The notes under the pieces: model-generated
The model's database searches: none
What the model was told of the DNA's origin: nothing
What the model saw: the letters and a program-made list of their open reading frames with translations, nothing else
Assembly (NCBI GenBank): GCA_049509455.1
Contig: JBEKZX010000001.1
Span: 64,001-128,000 of the forward strand
Origin: Conexivisphaerales archaeon
GTDB lineage: Archaea; Thermoproteota; Nitrososphaeria; Conexivisphaerales; DTJL01
DNA length: 64,000 nt
Direction of reading: 5' to 3'
Part shown: one piece after another, positions 45,625-55,227 of the stretch
How positions within the stretch are numbered: the first letter of the stretch is position 1
How the letters are laid out: every line of letters starts with the position of its first letter
Translations under genes and position numbers: made by a program

Positions 45625-46185
45625 GTGTTCCCATCAAAGCAAGTTAAATACGCGAAACTGTTGGTCCGTAACGGCAAGGGAATGGGCGAAGTCCTCAAGA
45701 TTGAAGGCGGGCGTTGGACGGATTTCTGGCTTACGGACAGGGATGTCCTGCAGGTCACCGTCGCCCCCTCTTCTTACATCTACGTCACCACCGCCGCCTT
45801 CATCGCGGTAGCCATTCTATTGGCTAGGGTGCTGAACCCGGCATTTGTCAGCGGGATTATCTTGGCAGCGGCCGGTGGCGCCGTCGCGGCCGCGCTCGGC
45901 AGCATATTCGGCTCCCTCTTGGCCAACCGTTCGGCCATCCGGCGGAGAAGAGAGCTCCTCTCTCTCACATCAGATCAGATGCGAGTCCAGAAGGGGAAGG
46001 TGATCAGTGTTCCTTGGTCAGAGGTGGAATCGGTGAAGTTGAGCGGGAGGACGATGACGCTCTGCTACGGTAAGCATCAGATGAAGATGCTGCTTCCGCC
46101 CAAAGCCGTCGTGCCCACGAGAGAATACGTGTCAGCAAAGCTCGCCGGCAGGATAGTCATAGAACAGAGCGGGGCGCCTGCCTGA
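45625..46185 (+). CDS. Hypothetical membrane protein (two TM helices plus a PH-like C-terminal region)
   Basis: Central hydrophobic hairpin; C-terminal IPWSEV-like SVPWSEVESVKL. Confidence 0.55.
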   Translation: MFPSKQVKYAKLLVRNGKGMGEVLKIEGGRWTDFWLTDRDVLQVTVAPSSYIYVTTAAFIAVAILLARVLNPAFVSGIILAAAGGAVAAALGSIFGSLLANRSAIRRRRELLSLTSDQMRVQKGKVISVPWSEVESVKLSGRTMTLCYGKHQMKMLLPPKAVVPTREYVSAKLAGRIVIEQSGAPA

Positions 46186-46261
46186 AGTCCATCCCTTTCG
46201 CAGGGGTGAGCTCACCGGAAGCGGCCGCCTGGCATCTGGAAGCGCGGGGCTCACCTGAAGG

Positions 46262-47254
46262 TCAATAGTGGCCTTCGACTGCGCGTGGCCGGTAGGGCTC
46301 CTCCAACAGCTTGATTTCTTCATGGGTCAGCTTGACGTCCACCGCGCCAACGAGCTCTTCCAGCTGCGGAAGCTTGGTCACGCCTACGATGGGGGCGACC
46401 ACGCAGGGCTTGCTGAGCAGCCAGGCGAGCGCCACCTGGACCGGTGGGACGTCCTTCTCCTTGGAGACAGCCAGCAGCGCGTCCAGCACCTTGAAGTCTT
46501 GGGGTCTGAAATACCTCTCCTTAAGGTACTTGTCCGACTCGTAGCGGCGACCGCTCGGCTTCAGCCCCCTCCGGTATCTTCCCGACAAGAACCCCCTCCC
46601 AAGCGGGCTCCACGAGATGATCCCCACACCTCTCGACAAGCAAAGCGGAATCATCTCTCGCTCCTCCTCTCTATAGGCTAGGTTGTAATGGTCCTGCATG
46701 CTCACGAATTTCTCTAGGCCCAGTCTTTCGCTGGTGTCCAAGGCGGTGGCGAGCTGCCAGGCCCACATGCTCGAGGCGCCGATGTAGTTCACCGTCCCTT
46801 CATGGATGAGATCGTCCAACGCCGACAGGGTCTCCTCGATCGGCGTCTCATAGTCCCAACGGTGTGTCTGATAGAGGTCGACGTACTTCATCTTAAGGCG
46901 CTCGAGGGACCGTCCGATCTGCTGCCGGATGTGCCGGCGAGAGAGTCCCCTGTCGTTGGGGCCCGGCCCCATGGGGTTGAAGACCTTCGTCGCTATCACT
47001 AGGTCGTTCCGTCTCCCCTGCGCCGCCCTCCCAACGATCTCCTCCGATTTCCCCGACGAATACATGTTGGCCGTGTCGAGGAAGTTGATTCCGAGGTCTA
47101 TCGCCTTCTTAATGATGGGCTCGGAGTCCTCGTAACCCAGGGTCCAGGCGAAGCCCCCCTTCTCACCGCCGCCGAAGCTCATGCATCCCAGGCAGATTCG
47201 CGAGACCTTCAGACCGCTGGTCCCAAGACGAGTGTACTGCATGACCTGCATCAT
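46262..47254 (-). CDS. Aldo/keto reductase
   Basis: LGTSGLKVSRICLGCMSFG, FLDTANMYS, IATK, SLERL...YVDLYQTH, YIGAS, WSPLGRG. Confidence 0.95.
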   Translation of the reverse strand: MMQVMQYTRLGTSGLKVSRICLGCMSFGGGEKGGFAWTLGYEDSEPIIKKAIDLGINFLDTANMYSSGKSEEIVGRAAQGRRNDLVIATKVFNPMGPGPNDRGLSRRHIRQQIGRSLERLKMKYVDLYQTHRWDYETPIEETLSALDDLIHEGTVNYIGASSMWAWQLATALDTSERLGLEKFVSMQDHYNLAYREEEREMIPLCLSRGVGIISWSPLGRGFLSGRYRRGLKPSGRRYESDKYLKERYFRPQDFKVLDALLAVSKEKDVPPVQVALAWLLSKPCVVAPIVGVTKLPQLEELVGAVDVKLTHEEIKLLEEPYRPRAVEGHY

Positions 47255-47362
47255 CGCTCTGTCGACTAATTAGTCTTGCTTTACATGGATGTCAAGTCGT
47301 TGCCCGACATCCTATTTCCGCAGCCCTGACCGGCCCTCGTGCGCACGGGACGGCAGTAGCGC

Positions 47363-48457
47363 GTGACCAAAAGCATATCTACCTACGCATGGCTTCCAGC
47401 GACTGTGCCTAAGCTGAGGGTGGGGTACTGGGCCGCGGCCGAGCAACACAATCCCGAGCTTCTTATTCAATACGCAAAGGAGGCCGAGGTCGTGGGCTTC
47501 GACATGATCGCCGTCAGCGACCACTTCTCCCCCTGGCGCGACAAGGAAGGCCAGGCCGGCTTCCCCTGGGTGTGGCTGGCAGCGGCGGCGAGCCAGACCA
47601 GGAGCACCGAAGTGGGGACGGCCGTGACGACACCCACTTCCCGCTATCATCCCGCCATAGTGGCCCAGGCCTTCGCCACCCTAGACTACCTCTTCCCTGG
47701 CCGAATCTTCATCACTCTGGGCACGGGCCACAAAATGAACGAGGCCCCCCTAGGCTTTGACTGGCCCAAGGCGAGCGAAAGGATAGCCCGGCTTGAGGAA
47801 GCGGTGGAGATAATACAGCTCCTCTGGAAGGGCGATTTCGTCAACTATACCGGCAAGTATTACAAGCTGACCAACGCGAAGCTGTACACCCCGCCGAAGA
47901 AGAAGATCCCCCTCTACATCGCCACGGCCAACGCGAGAGTTGCCGCCATCGCCGGGTGGTTGGGCGACGGTATACTCACCAATCCCAGAGGCCTGGAGAA
48001 CCATATCGCGATCCTGAAGGCGATGCAGGACGCCGCCGTCGCGGCGGGCAAGGACCCGTCCAAGCTGGGCACCTGCCTGGAGTTCAAGGTGTCTTACGAT
48101 GTCGACTACGACAGGGCGTTCAAGTCAGCCTCCTACTGGGCCCCCACCGTCATCCCCAAGGACGTCCGGGAGAACATCTCCGACCCTAGGGAGCTGGAGG
48201 CCAACGTCGGCCCGAACGAGCTGGAGGGTATAAAGAAGACCTGGCTCATCACGGACGACTCCGACGACATAATCAGAAGGCTGGGGGAGTTCCTCAAGAT
48301 GGGCTTTAACCGCGTCTACATTCACAGCGCCTCCCCCAACGAGCACAAGTTCCTCCACCTCATAGGCAGAGATATACTCCCGTGGATGAAGGAGTACTAC
48401 GAAAGCCTGACCGACGTTGAAAGGATGACGCTCCCGCTGCGAACCACGCCGGACTAG
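47363..48457 (+). CDS. Luciferase-like F420-dependent oxidoreductase, FGD/G6PDH-like family
   Basis: SDHFSPW, GTAVTTPT.RYHPAIVAQAFATL..LFPGR...LGTG...NE, ERIARLEEA. Confidence 0.85.
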   Translation: MTKSISTYAWLPATVPKLRVGYWAAAEQHNPELLIQYAKEAEVVGFDMIAVSDHFSPWRDKEGQAGFPWVWLAAAASQTRSTEVGTAVTTPTSRYHPAIVAQAFATLDYLFPGRIFITLGTGHKMNEAPLGFDWPKASERIARLEEAVEIIQLLWKGDFVNYTGKYYKLTNAKLYTPPKKKIPLYIATANARVAAIAGWLGDGILTNPRGLENHIAILKAMQDAAVAAGKDPSKLGTCLEFKVSYDVDYDRAFKSASYWAPTVIPKDVRENISDPRELEANVGPNELEGIKKTWLITDDSDDIIRRLGEFLKMGFNRVYIHSASPNEHKFLHLIGRDILPWMKEYYESLTDVERMTLPLRTTPD

Positions 48458-48458
48458 T

Positions 48459-49604
48459 CTAGGCTATTACTGACCTGTGCCACCGTAATATGTTTTCGGG
48501 TAGCTTCAGGCCCCTCTGCTCCACGCGCTCGACCAGGAAGATGGGGAGCGGACTCAACAGGTACGCCGACTTCATGTAGAAGCTGCTGGGCGTGCCTGGC
48601 TTCCAGTCCCCTTTGAGCACGTAGGAGTAGTCCGACAGGGCCTCGATGGTGCTGTCCGGGGTGCCCACGATGGAGGCGATCTGGCCGCCCATCTTCTTCA
48701 AGTTCCTGCACCATCCGGCCACGATCTCGGTTTCGCCGCTCATCGAGACGACGATCACCGTGTCCCCGGCCCTGGGCGGCGGGATGTTCGAATCCCCGGA
48801 GACGTAGACTAGGTCTCCCAGAGCCCGCTTCACATGGCCGACCCTCACAGCCGCCATCCTTACGACCTCCTTGCTGCTTCCTAGGCCGGCGAAGAAGCAC
48901 GTGTTTCGCTGCTCCAGAGAATTGATGAGGAACTCGAATGACTCGGATCCCACGAAGTCGTCCATCAGCGTGGAGATCTCGGTCGACAGGTCCTTCATGA
49001 TTGAAAGGATCTTGCTGGCTGAAGCCTCCTGGAACATGGCCTCCACCATGCTGTGGGAGAGCAGGCCGCTAGCCAGAGAGAACATGTCCTCCAGTATGCC
49101 GTAGCTCTTAAACTCCTTCGACTCCACGAGCGTGTCGGCCTCCTCCCTGTCCTTGAGAACGACCATGTTCCCGTACTTCGCCGAAAGCTTCCCCAGAGGG
49201 GATTCGGGGTCCGACGTAATCAGGTTGATCCTAAAGTCCCTGGCCTGCCCGGTGTTCTCGAGATATATCCCCAGCTTCTGTGCGTCCAGCAGCGGCGTCA
49301 GCGACTTCCCGCTGCTCGAATTGATGAAGAGGCAGACCTGGCCGTACTTCCTTCTCAGTATGGGGGCTGCCAGCGCCATGTCGGTGGCCGGGAAGCCTAT
49401 GTCCCCCCGATCGAGGACCCTCTTTCCGTAATTCATCTTGGCCATCTCGCTGCAGGCGATGCTGATGGCTCCCTTGGACCTCCCTTCGCCGCTGGGGATG
49501 ATCACTCCGGCGCTCATCATATCATGGTAGAAGGTCTCGATTTGGGTCACGTCTAGGGTGCTGAGGTTCTCGAAGATGCGGTTGATGTAGTCAACCTTAC
49601 TCAA
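48459..49604 (-). CDS. Tandem SIS-domain sugar-phosphate isomerase (PHI/HxlB-like)
   Basis: Two SIS-like units: SGEGRS...INSSSGKS, and AGLGSS...GDTVIVVSMSGET...SIVGTPDSTIEALSD. Confidence 0.7.
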   Translation of the reverse strand: MSKVDYINRIFENLSTLDVTQIETFYHDMMSAGVIIPSGEGRSKGAISIACSEMAKMNYGKRVLDRGDIGFPATDMALAAPILRRKYGQVCLFINSSSGKSLTPLLDAQKLGIYLENTGQARDFRINLITSDPESPLGKLSAKYGNMVVLKDREEADTLVESKEFKSYGILEDMFSLASGLLSHSMVEAMFQEASASKILSIMKDLSTEISTLMDDFVGSESFEFLINSLEQRNTCFFAGLGSSKEVVRMAAVRVGHVKRALGDLVYVSGDSNIPPPRAGDTVIVVSMSGETEIVAGWCRNLKKMGGQIASIVGTPDSTIEALSDYSYVLKGDWKPGTPSSFYMKSAYLLSPLPIFLVERVEQRGLKLPENILRWHRSVIA

Positions 49605-49907
49605 AGATGTCTAACTCCGGGGGGAACAAGTGTCATCGCCTTCCGACGATGTCCCTATTGTGAACGCATTAAAATAGCTTCTTTGCGGCGGCCTCAAGAT
49701 GCCAGTGGCTGCTGACCCACGGTGGCGGATGACTGGAGCGGGCCCGGTGAGATTCGGACTCACGGCCTACTGCTATCTCACGCGAAGATAGGAGGCAGTC
49801 GCGCTATCCATATTTCGCCCCGCACCTGCTGGCGGGACTGCGCTACGGGCCCGCATCGGACGAGTCGCCAGAGCTTGTTTATTAAATGTTGGCAGGCACC
49901 TGAGTCT

Positions 49908-52634
49908 CTACACAGTAGAGCTTGTCTGCATCTTCTCCTGGACTATAGCTTGGGCCGCGGCCAGCCTGGCGACGGGTACCCTGTACGGGGAGCAACTCAC
50001 ATAGTCGAGGCCAAGGGAGTCGGCGATAGCGATGGACCTCGGATCCCCGCCGTGCTCTCCGCATATGCCCACCGTGAGCTCATGGTTGACAGCCCGGCCG
50101 TCGTCCACCGCGATCTTCATCAGCCGAGCCACCCCGTCGGGGTCCAGCGATTCGAAGGGGTTGAACGGGAGGATCTTCATCTCCAGGTAGAGCGGCATGA
50201 ACTTGCCCTCTACGTCGTCCCTGCTGAAGGCGAAGGTGGCCTGCGTGAGGTCATTGGTACCGAAGGAGAAGAACTGGGCGTACTGCGCGATCTTCCCCGC
50301 CGTCAGCGCCGCCCTGGGCGTCTCCACCATGGTCCCAGAACGGTAGTTCAGCCGGACCCCCTCCTTCTTCATGACGTCGGCAGCCGTTTCGTCGATCATC
50401 TCCTTCACCCTCCTGAACTCCTCCGCCTCGGCCACCTGAGGGACCATGACCTCGGGCTCCACCTCGACCTTCTCCTTGGCAAGCTCGGCCGCGGCCTCGA
50501 AGATGGCCCTGATCTGCATCTGGTATATCTCAGGATGAGACAGGCCCACCCTCACTCCCCTGTGGCCCAGCATCGGGTTGTGCTCCTGCAGCTCCATCAC
50601 CCTCTTGAGGAGTCTCTCCTTCGCGGGCAGTTCCGGCGAGCCAGGGTTGGACATCCTCATCTGCATCACCTCGGGTAGGAGTTCGTCGTACTTCGGAAGG
50701 AACTCGTGGAGCGGAAGGTCCATGAGCCTGATGGTGACGGGGAGGCCCTCCATGACCTTCAGTATCTCCTTGAAGTCGCTCTTCTGGAGGGGCTTGAGCC
50801 TGTCGAGGTACGTCTGCCTCTCCTCCTTGCTGCCGGCGAGTATCATGGACTGGACCAACGGGAGCCTTTCAGGGGCGTTGAACATCCTCTCCGTCCTCGT
50901 CAGCCCTATCCCCTGAGCGCCGTTCTTCCTAGCCGCCTTGGCCATGGCAGGGGTGTCCGCGTTGGCCCTGATCTTCAGACGCCTTATGGAGTCCGCCCAT
51001 GAGAGAAGCTTGTTCACGGAGGCGGTGAGCTCCGGCTCTACGACGGGGACGCTGCCGAAGAAGACCTGGCCGCTCCCTCCGTCGATGGTTATGACGTCCC
51101 CCTTCTTCACCCGCTTCCCACCGGCCGTAAAGGTCTCTTTCTCCAGGTCAATCTTGACCTCCTCGGCGCCAGCGATACAGGGCTTCCCCATGCCCCTTGA
51201 AACCACGGCGGCGTGGCTCGTCTTCCCTCCCCTGCTGGTGAGCACGCCTTCGGATGCGACCATGCCTGCGATGTCCTCGGGAGCCGTCTCAGGCCGGACG
51301 AGGATTACGGCCTCTCCGTTCGCCTTGGCCTTTATAGCATCCTCCACCGTAAACACCACCTTCCCCGATGCGGCCCCTGGCGAAGCCGCCAGCCCCTGAC
51401 CGATGGGCTTCCCTTTGTACTTCGGGTCGATCTGTTTGTGGAGAAGCTGCTCGAACTGGGCGGAGTCAATCCTCCCTATCGCCTCCTCTCGCGTTATCAT
51501 CTTCTCATCCGCGAAGTCGGTGACGATCTGCACCGCGGCCTGAGCCGTCCTCTTTCCAGTCCTCGTCTGTAACATGTAGAGCTTCCCCTTCTCGATGGTG
51601 AACTCGATGTCCTGTATGTCCTTGAAGTAGCCTTCGAGCTTCCGCGCTATCTCGAGGAGCTTCAAATAGGCCTCTGGGAGGGCCTTCTCCAGCTGGTCGA
51701 TGGGCTGTGGAGTCCTGATGCCTGCGACCACGTCTTCGCCCTGCGCCTTCACGAGATACTCTCCGTAGATTCTGCGCTCGCCCGTCGACGGATTGCGCGT
51801 GAAAGCCACGCCTGTGGCTGACTTATCGTCCATGTTACCGTAGACCATGAGGACGATGTTGACAGCCGTCCCCAGCTCCTCTGAGATCTTGTAGATTTTC
51901 CGGTACTCCTCCGCACGGGGGTTGTACCACGAATCAAAGACCGCGGCCACCGACATGAACAGCTGCTGGGTCGGGTCCTGGGGGACCTCCTTCCCCGACC
52001 TCTCCTTGATTAACGACTTGTAGCGCTGGCAGACTTCCTTCCATATCGCCGCTGGGACCTCGACGTCGGTCTTCACGCCGGCCCTGACCTTCGCCTCTTC
52101 GATGACCTTCTCGAACTCCTCGCCGGGCACCTTCAGGACTATCTTCCCGAAGAGCTGCAGGAACCGCCGGTACGTGTCGTAGGCAAAGCGCGAGTCTCCG
52201 GTGATTATCGCGAGGTCCTCCGCCGTCCTGTCACTCATGCCGAGGTTGAGGATGGTGTCCATCATCCCGGGCATCGAGAACGGGGCGCCCGACCTGACCG
52301 AAACTAATAGGGGGTCCCTGGGGTCGCCGAAGCGCTTCCCCGTGAGCTTCTCCAGCTCGAGGATCTTCTCAGTCACCTTCCCCTCGAACCCATGGGGGAA
52401 CGTCTTTCCGGCCTTGAAGTACTCTCTGCACATGCCAGTCGTTATCACTATCCCCGGAGGGACCGGCAGGCCCAGCTTGGTCATCTCTACGAGGCCGAAG
52501 CCCTTTCCTCCGAGCTCAAACTTGGTGAGGCCCAAACCGGTGGCCTCCTTGAACGAGTACACTTGCAGGTCGCTCTGTTGCATATCGAGTTCCCTACAGA
52601 GTCCTCTGGTGTCTTGGCTTAAAGATTTCGCCAT
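49908..52634 (-). CDS. ppdK: Pyruvate, phosphate dikinase (true start probably MQQSD near 52582)
   Basis: LGGKG.GL.EM, LLVSVRSGAPFSMPGMMDT, LQTRTGKRT, RGGKTSHAAVV, GLTRTERMF, NPMLGHRGVR, SFGTNDLTQ, GICGEHGGDP. Confidence 0.97.
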   Translation of the reverse strand: MAKSLSQDTRGLCRELDMQQSDLQVYSFKEATGLGLTKFELGGKGFGLVEMTKLGLPVPPGIVITTGMCREYFKAGKTFPHGFEGKVTEKILELEKLTGKRFGDPRDPLLVSVRSGAPFSMPGMMDTILNLGMSDRTAEDLAIITGDSRFAYDTYRRFLQLFGKIVLKVPGEEFEKVIEEAKVRAGVKTDVEVPAAIWKEVCQRYKSLIKERSGKEVPQDPTQQLFMSVAAVFDSWYNPRAEEYRKIYKISEELGTAVNIVLMVYGNMDDKSATGVAFTRNPSTGERRIYGEYLVKAQGEDVVAGIRTPQPIDQLEKALPEAYLKLLEIARKLEGYFKDIQDIEFTIEKGKLYMLQTRTGKRTAQAAVQIVTDFADEKMITREEAIGRIDSAQFEQLLHKQIDPKYKGKPIGQGLAASPGAASGKVVFTVEDAIKAKANGEAVILVRPETAPEDIAGMVASEGVLTSRGGKTSHAAVVSRGMGKPCIAGAEEVKIDLEKETFTAGGKRVKKGDVITIDGGSGQVFFGSVPVVEPELTASVNKLLSWADSIRRLKIRANADTPAMAKAARKNGAQGIGLTRTERMFNAPERLPLVQSMILAGSKEERQTYLDRLKPLQKSDFKEILKVMEGLPVTIRLMDLPLHEFLPKYDELLPEVMQMRMSNPGSPELPAKERLLKRVMELQEHNPMLGHRGVRVGLSHPEIYQMQIRAIFEAAAELAKEKVEVEPEVMVPQVAEAEEFRRVKEMIDETAADVMKKEGVRLNYRSGTMVETPRAALTAGKIAQYAQFFSFGTNDLTQATFAFSRDDVEGKFMPLYLEMKILPFNPFESLDPDGVARLMKIAVDDGRAVNHELTVGICGEHGGDPRSIAIADSLGLDYVSCSPYRVPVARLAAAQAIVQEKMQTSSTV

Positions 52635-52684
52635 CTGCGATGCGAAAGTTGAACTTCTCTATGTAGCGATAGGGCGAGCTCGGC

Positions 52685-52933
52685 TCATTCCACGGCGAGC
52701 ATGGTCAACGTCGATCGCACCTTGTTGAGGCGCCTGACCTTCCACGTGATAAGTTCCTTGAGCTTCTCGGCGGTGCTGGCTTCGATCTTCACTACGGTGT
52801 CATAGACTCCATACACACGATAGGCTTCCCTGACCTCAGGGATGGTCTTGAGGGACTGCAAAACCTCGTCCTCCCCACCCGGCTCTACATTCAACAACAC
52901 AAACGCTATTGGCATGCCGAACATTGATGCCAC
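52685..52933 (-). CDS. Stand-alone Lrp/AsnC ligand-binding (RAM) domain protein
   Basis: AFVLLNVEPG...V.EAYRVYGVYD.VVK...VRSTLTM; no HTH domain. Confidence 0.88.
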   Translation of the reverse strand: MASMFGMPIAFVLLNVEPGGEDEVLQSLKTIPEVREAYRVYGVYDTVVKIEASTAEKLKELITWKVRRLNKVRSTLTMLAVE

Positions 52934-52966
52934 AAAGGGGCAATATAAGATTTGTGAGGCAATGAG

Positions 52967-53989
52967 CTAGAGGATGTACTTCGTGACGTCGCCCTGGGGC
53001 ATCGGCAACACGGACACGGTGCTCTGAGCTCCCGCCTTGCAGTTGCAATTCACGATGGCCGTCACGCCTTTCAGGGCGTCGCTATACCTCGCGACGATGG
53101 AGGCAGCCAGCACCAGTTCGTCGTGTCCGAAGGCTCCTCTTAGCAGGCCGACGGGGCCCATTATCTTTTCGACTTCGAGGAGGACGTCGCTGCCCCTGGC
53201 CAAGGGAGGGATCTCGCTGTTCTCCACGACGTCGCGGCCCACCACCAGCTTCGACATCGGGCTGAACCTAAGGTGCCGGCCCAGCTTCAACAGATCGATG
53301 TCATTCTGATCAGGACGCGCTTCGTGCTGGAACAGGTCCTTCAGCCGTCTCGCGAAGCCCTTCTCCGTGAGCAAGCAGCCTCCCGAAGGGTTGGGGTACT
53401 CCTTCCACCCTATCGCCTTCGCCATCTCGATCTGAGTGTGCCGGCTCCTTCCTTCGATGGTAAGGAGCTTATTCCTGTCCACCCATCCCTTCTTCTCTGG
53501 GATCGTAGGCTCTAGGAGCTTCGCCGAGAGAGGCCTGAGTATGAGCCCTTCCAGGCCCGACTCCGTCTCAATGATGCCCAGGGCGTTCAGGTTCTGGCTC
53601 ATGGGCCTCTGGCCGACCACCTCCCCGGTGACCACGAAATCGGCCCCCAACTCCTTCATAAGCTCCTTCGCCCTCCCATACATCATCACGCGGCAATCGA
53701 TGCAAGGGTTCATGGCGCTTCCGTAACCATGGCGAGGCTTCTTCACGATCTCCAGATACTCTGTGCCCAGGCTGACGGGCTTCCACTCGACCCCGTACTT
53801 CAACGTAGTGTCCCCGATCTTGCCGCCGCATGCCCCACTGCCACAGTCGAAGTTGCAGAACGGCGTCTTGAAGCTGACGGCGGTGACGTCTATCCCCATC
53901 TCCCTCATCATGGAGAGGGCGAGGGTGCTGTCGAGCCCCCCCGATAGGAGGACCAGGGCCTTCGGCTTCCTGTCCGCATCGGGGGACAT
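52967..53989 (-). CDS. PP-loop tRNA sulfurtransferase-like ATPase (ThiI/MnmA-related) with a C-terminal DUF814-like domain
   Basis: LLSGGLDS, NPCIDCR, TGEVVGQRPMSQ, ILRPLSAKLL, PSGGCLLT, LLKLGRHLR, VVGR...EN. Confidence 0.82.
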   Translation of the reverse strand: MSPDADRKPKALVLLSGGLDSTLALSMMREMGIDVTAVSFKTPFCNFDCGSGACGGKIGDTTLKYGVEWKPVSLGTEYLEIVKKPRHGYGSAMNPCIDCRVMMYGRAKELMKELGADFVVTGEVVGQRPMSQNLNALGIIETESGLEGLILRPLSAKLLEPTIPEKKGWVDRNKLLTIEGRSRHTQIEMAKAIGWKEYPNPSGGCLLTEKGFARRLKDLFQHEARPDQNDIDLLKLGRHLRFSPMSKLVVGRDVVENSEIPPLARGSDVLLEVEKIMGPVGLLRGAFGHDELVLAASIVARYSDALKGVTAIVNCNCKAGAQSTVSVLPMPQGDVTKYIL

Positions 53990-54089
53990 ACGACGGCCTT
54001 CGATCCTGACGAACGATTTAAGCGTTCACGGTGACTCCGATGGCTAACCTTTTAAACACGTCAACTTCAATTTACGGATACCTAGTCTC

Positions 54090-55223
54090 ATGGCACTCTA
54101 CGAGGCACATTCCTCTCCCCCGCCAAGGGTTTCGGTCATCATCCCTGTCCTCAGATGGGCTAAGACGTTAGAGGATACGCTGCAGAAGCTAACCGCCGAT
54201 CCGTATGCCGAGAAGCAAGTCATCGTGGCCATAGACGAGCCCTCGCCCGCTTCTCTAGCACTTGTCCAAAGGTACGGCAGGGATATATGCTTCAAGCTCA
54301 GCGAGCACCGACGAGGCAAGGTCAAGGCCATCGAGGATTCCTTTGCCGCGTCCGCCGGAGAGATCCTCATCTTCCTCGATTCGGACACCGTGATAAGGGC
54401 GGACTCGATCATATCTAAGACGGCCGCCGAAATCCAGGGCTACGACATGCTCGAGATGAAGAAGGGCGTCGTAACCGAAGGGCTGCTTTCCAACATCGTC
54501 TATTACGAATACGTCGGCTTCAATGCCGCCAACTGGATGCTGGCGAGGAGGATGAAGAAGACCGTAGGCGTCAACGGGGCTGGCTTCGCCATCACCAAGG
54601 TGGCCTACGAGAAGATAGGGGGCTTCCGGAACGTCGTCTCGGAGGACCTGGACCTAGGCCTCAGGGCCTACCTTCAGGACCTCAAGTTCAGGTACGCCGA
54701 CGACATCATAGTGGACACCTTCTCCCCCTCGACGCTGAAGGTATGGTGGAAGCAGAGGAAGAGGTGGTCCTACGGCACGGCGCTCTGGTTCCACGACAAC
54801 TACAGGCCTCTGCTGTCGGCCCTGAAAAAGCATCCGGGCATCTTGCTCACTGCGCTGGTCATGATCTTCCCGACTCTCCTCAGCGCCATCTTCGGGCTGG
54901 CCTTCAAGAATATGGCCGCCCTTGACATCATCGCGCTGGCCATGCTCACCGTCTCTTCCAGATCATTCCCCTTGATATTGGCCTTCATCCCCTACGTTGC
55001 CCTCCCCAACATCTTTGGGGTGGGACTCTCGATACTGGTGGGCTTGATAGGCTACTCCGCTATCTACTTGGGCTTCACCCTGAGGCTGGGTTACAAATTC
55101 AAGCCACACTACTTCCTCCTCTACTACCTGGTCTACTCTCCCGTCTGGCTCGTCGCCATGATCTGGGGGCTGGTGATGGTCTTCGTCAGGAAGGAGACCA
55201 TCTCCATCGACTGGAAGGTCTGA
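54090..55223 (+). CDS. Family 2 glycosyltransferase with C-terminal TM segments
   Basis: VSVIIPV, RRGKVKA, FLDSD, NGAGFA, SEDLDLG, QRKRW. Confidence 0.9.
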   Translation: MALYEAHSSPPPRVSVIIPVLRWAKTLEDTLQKLTADPYAEKQVIVAIDEPSPASLALVQRYGRDICFKLSEHRRGKVKAIEDSFAASAGEILIFLDSDTVIRADSIISKTAAEIQGYDMLEMKKGVVTEGLLSNIVYYEYVGFNAANWMLARRMKKTVGVNGAGFAITKVAYEKIGGFRNVVSEDLDLGLRAYLQDLKFRYADDIIVDTFSPSTLKVWWKQRKRWSYGTALWFHDNYRPLLSALKKHPGILLTALVMIFPTLLSAIFGLAFKNMAALDIIALAMLTVSSRSFPLILAFIPYVALPNIFGVGLSILVGLIGYSAIYLGFTLRLGYKFKPHYFLLYYLVYSPVWLVAMIWGLVMVFVRKETISIDWKV

Positions 55224-55227
55224 CTCC

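Noticed and set aside
49722-50678. 318-aa plus-strand ORF and similar long antisense ORFs (for example 27011-27850, 37365-38186, 55592-56326)
   Set aside because: They lie antisense to well-supported genes and are typical shadows of GC-rich codon usage.
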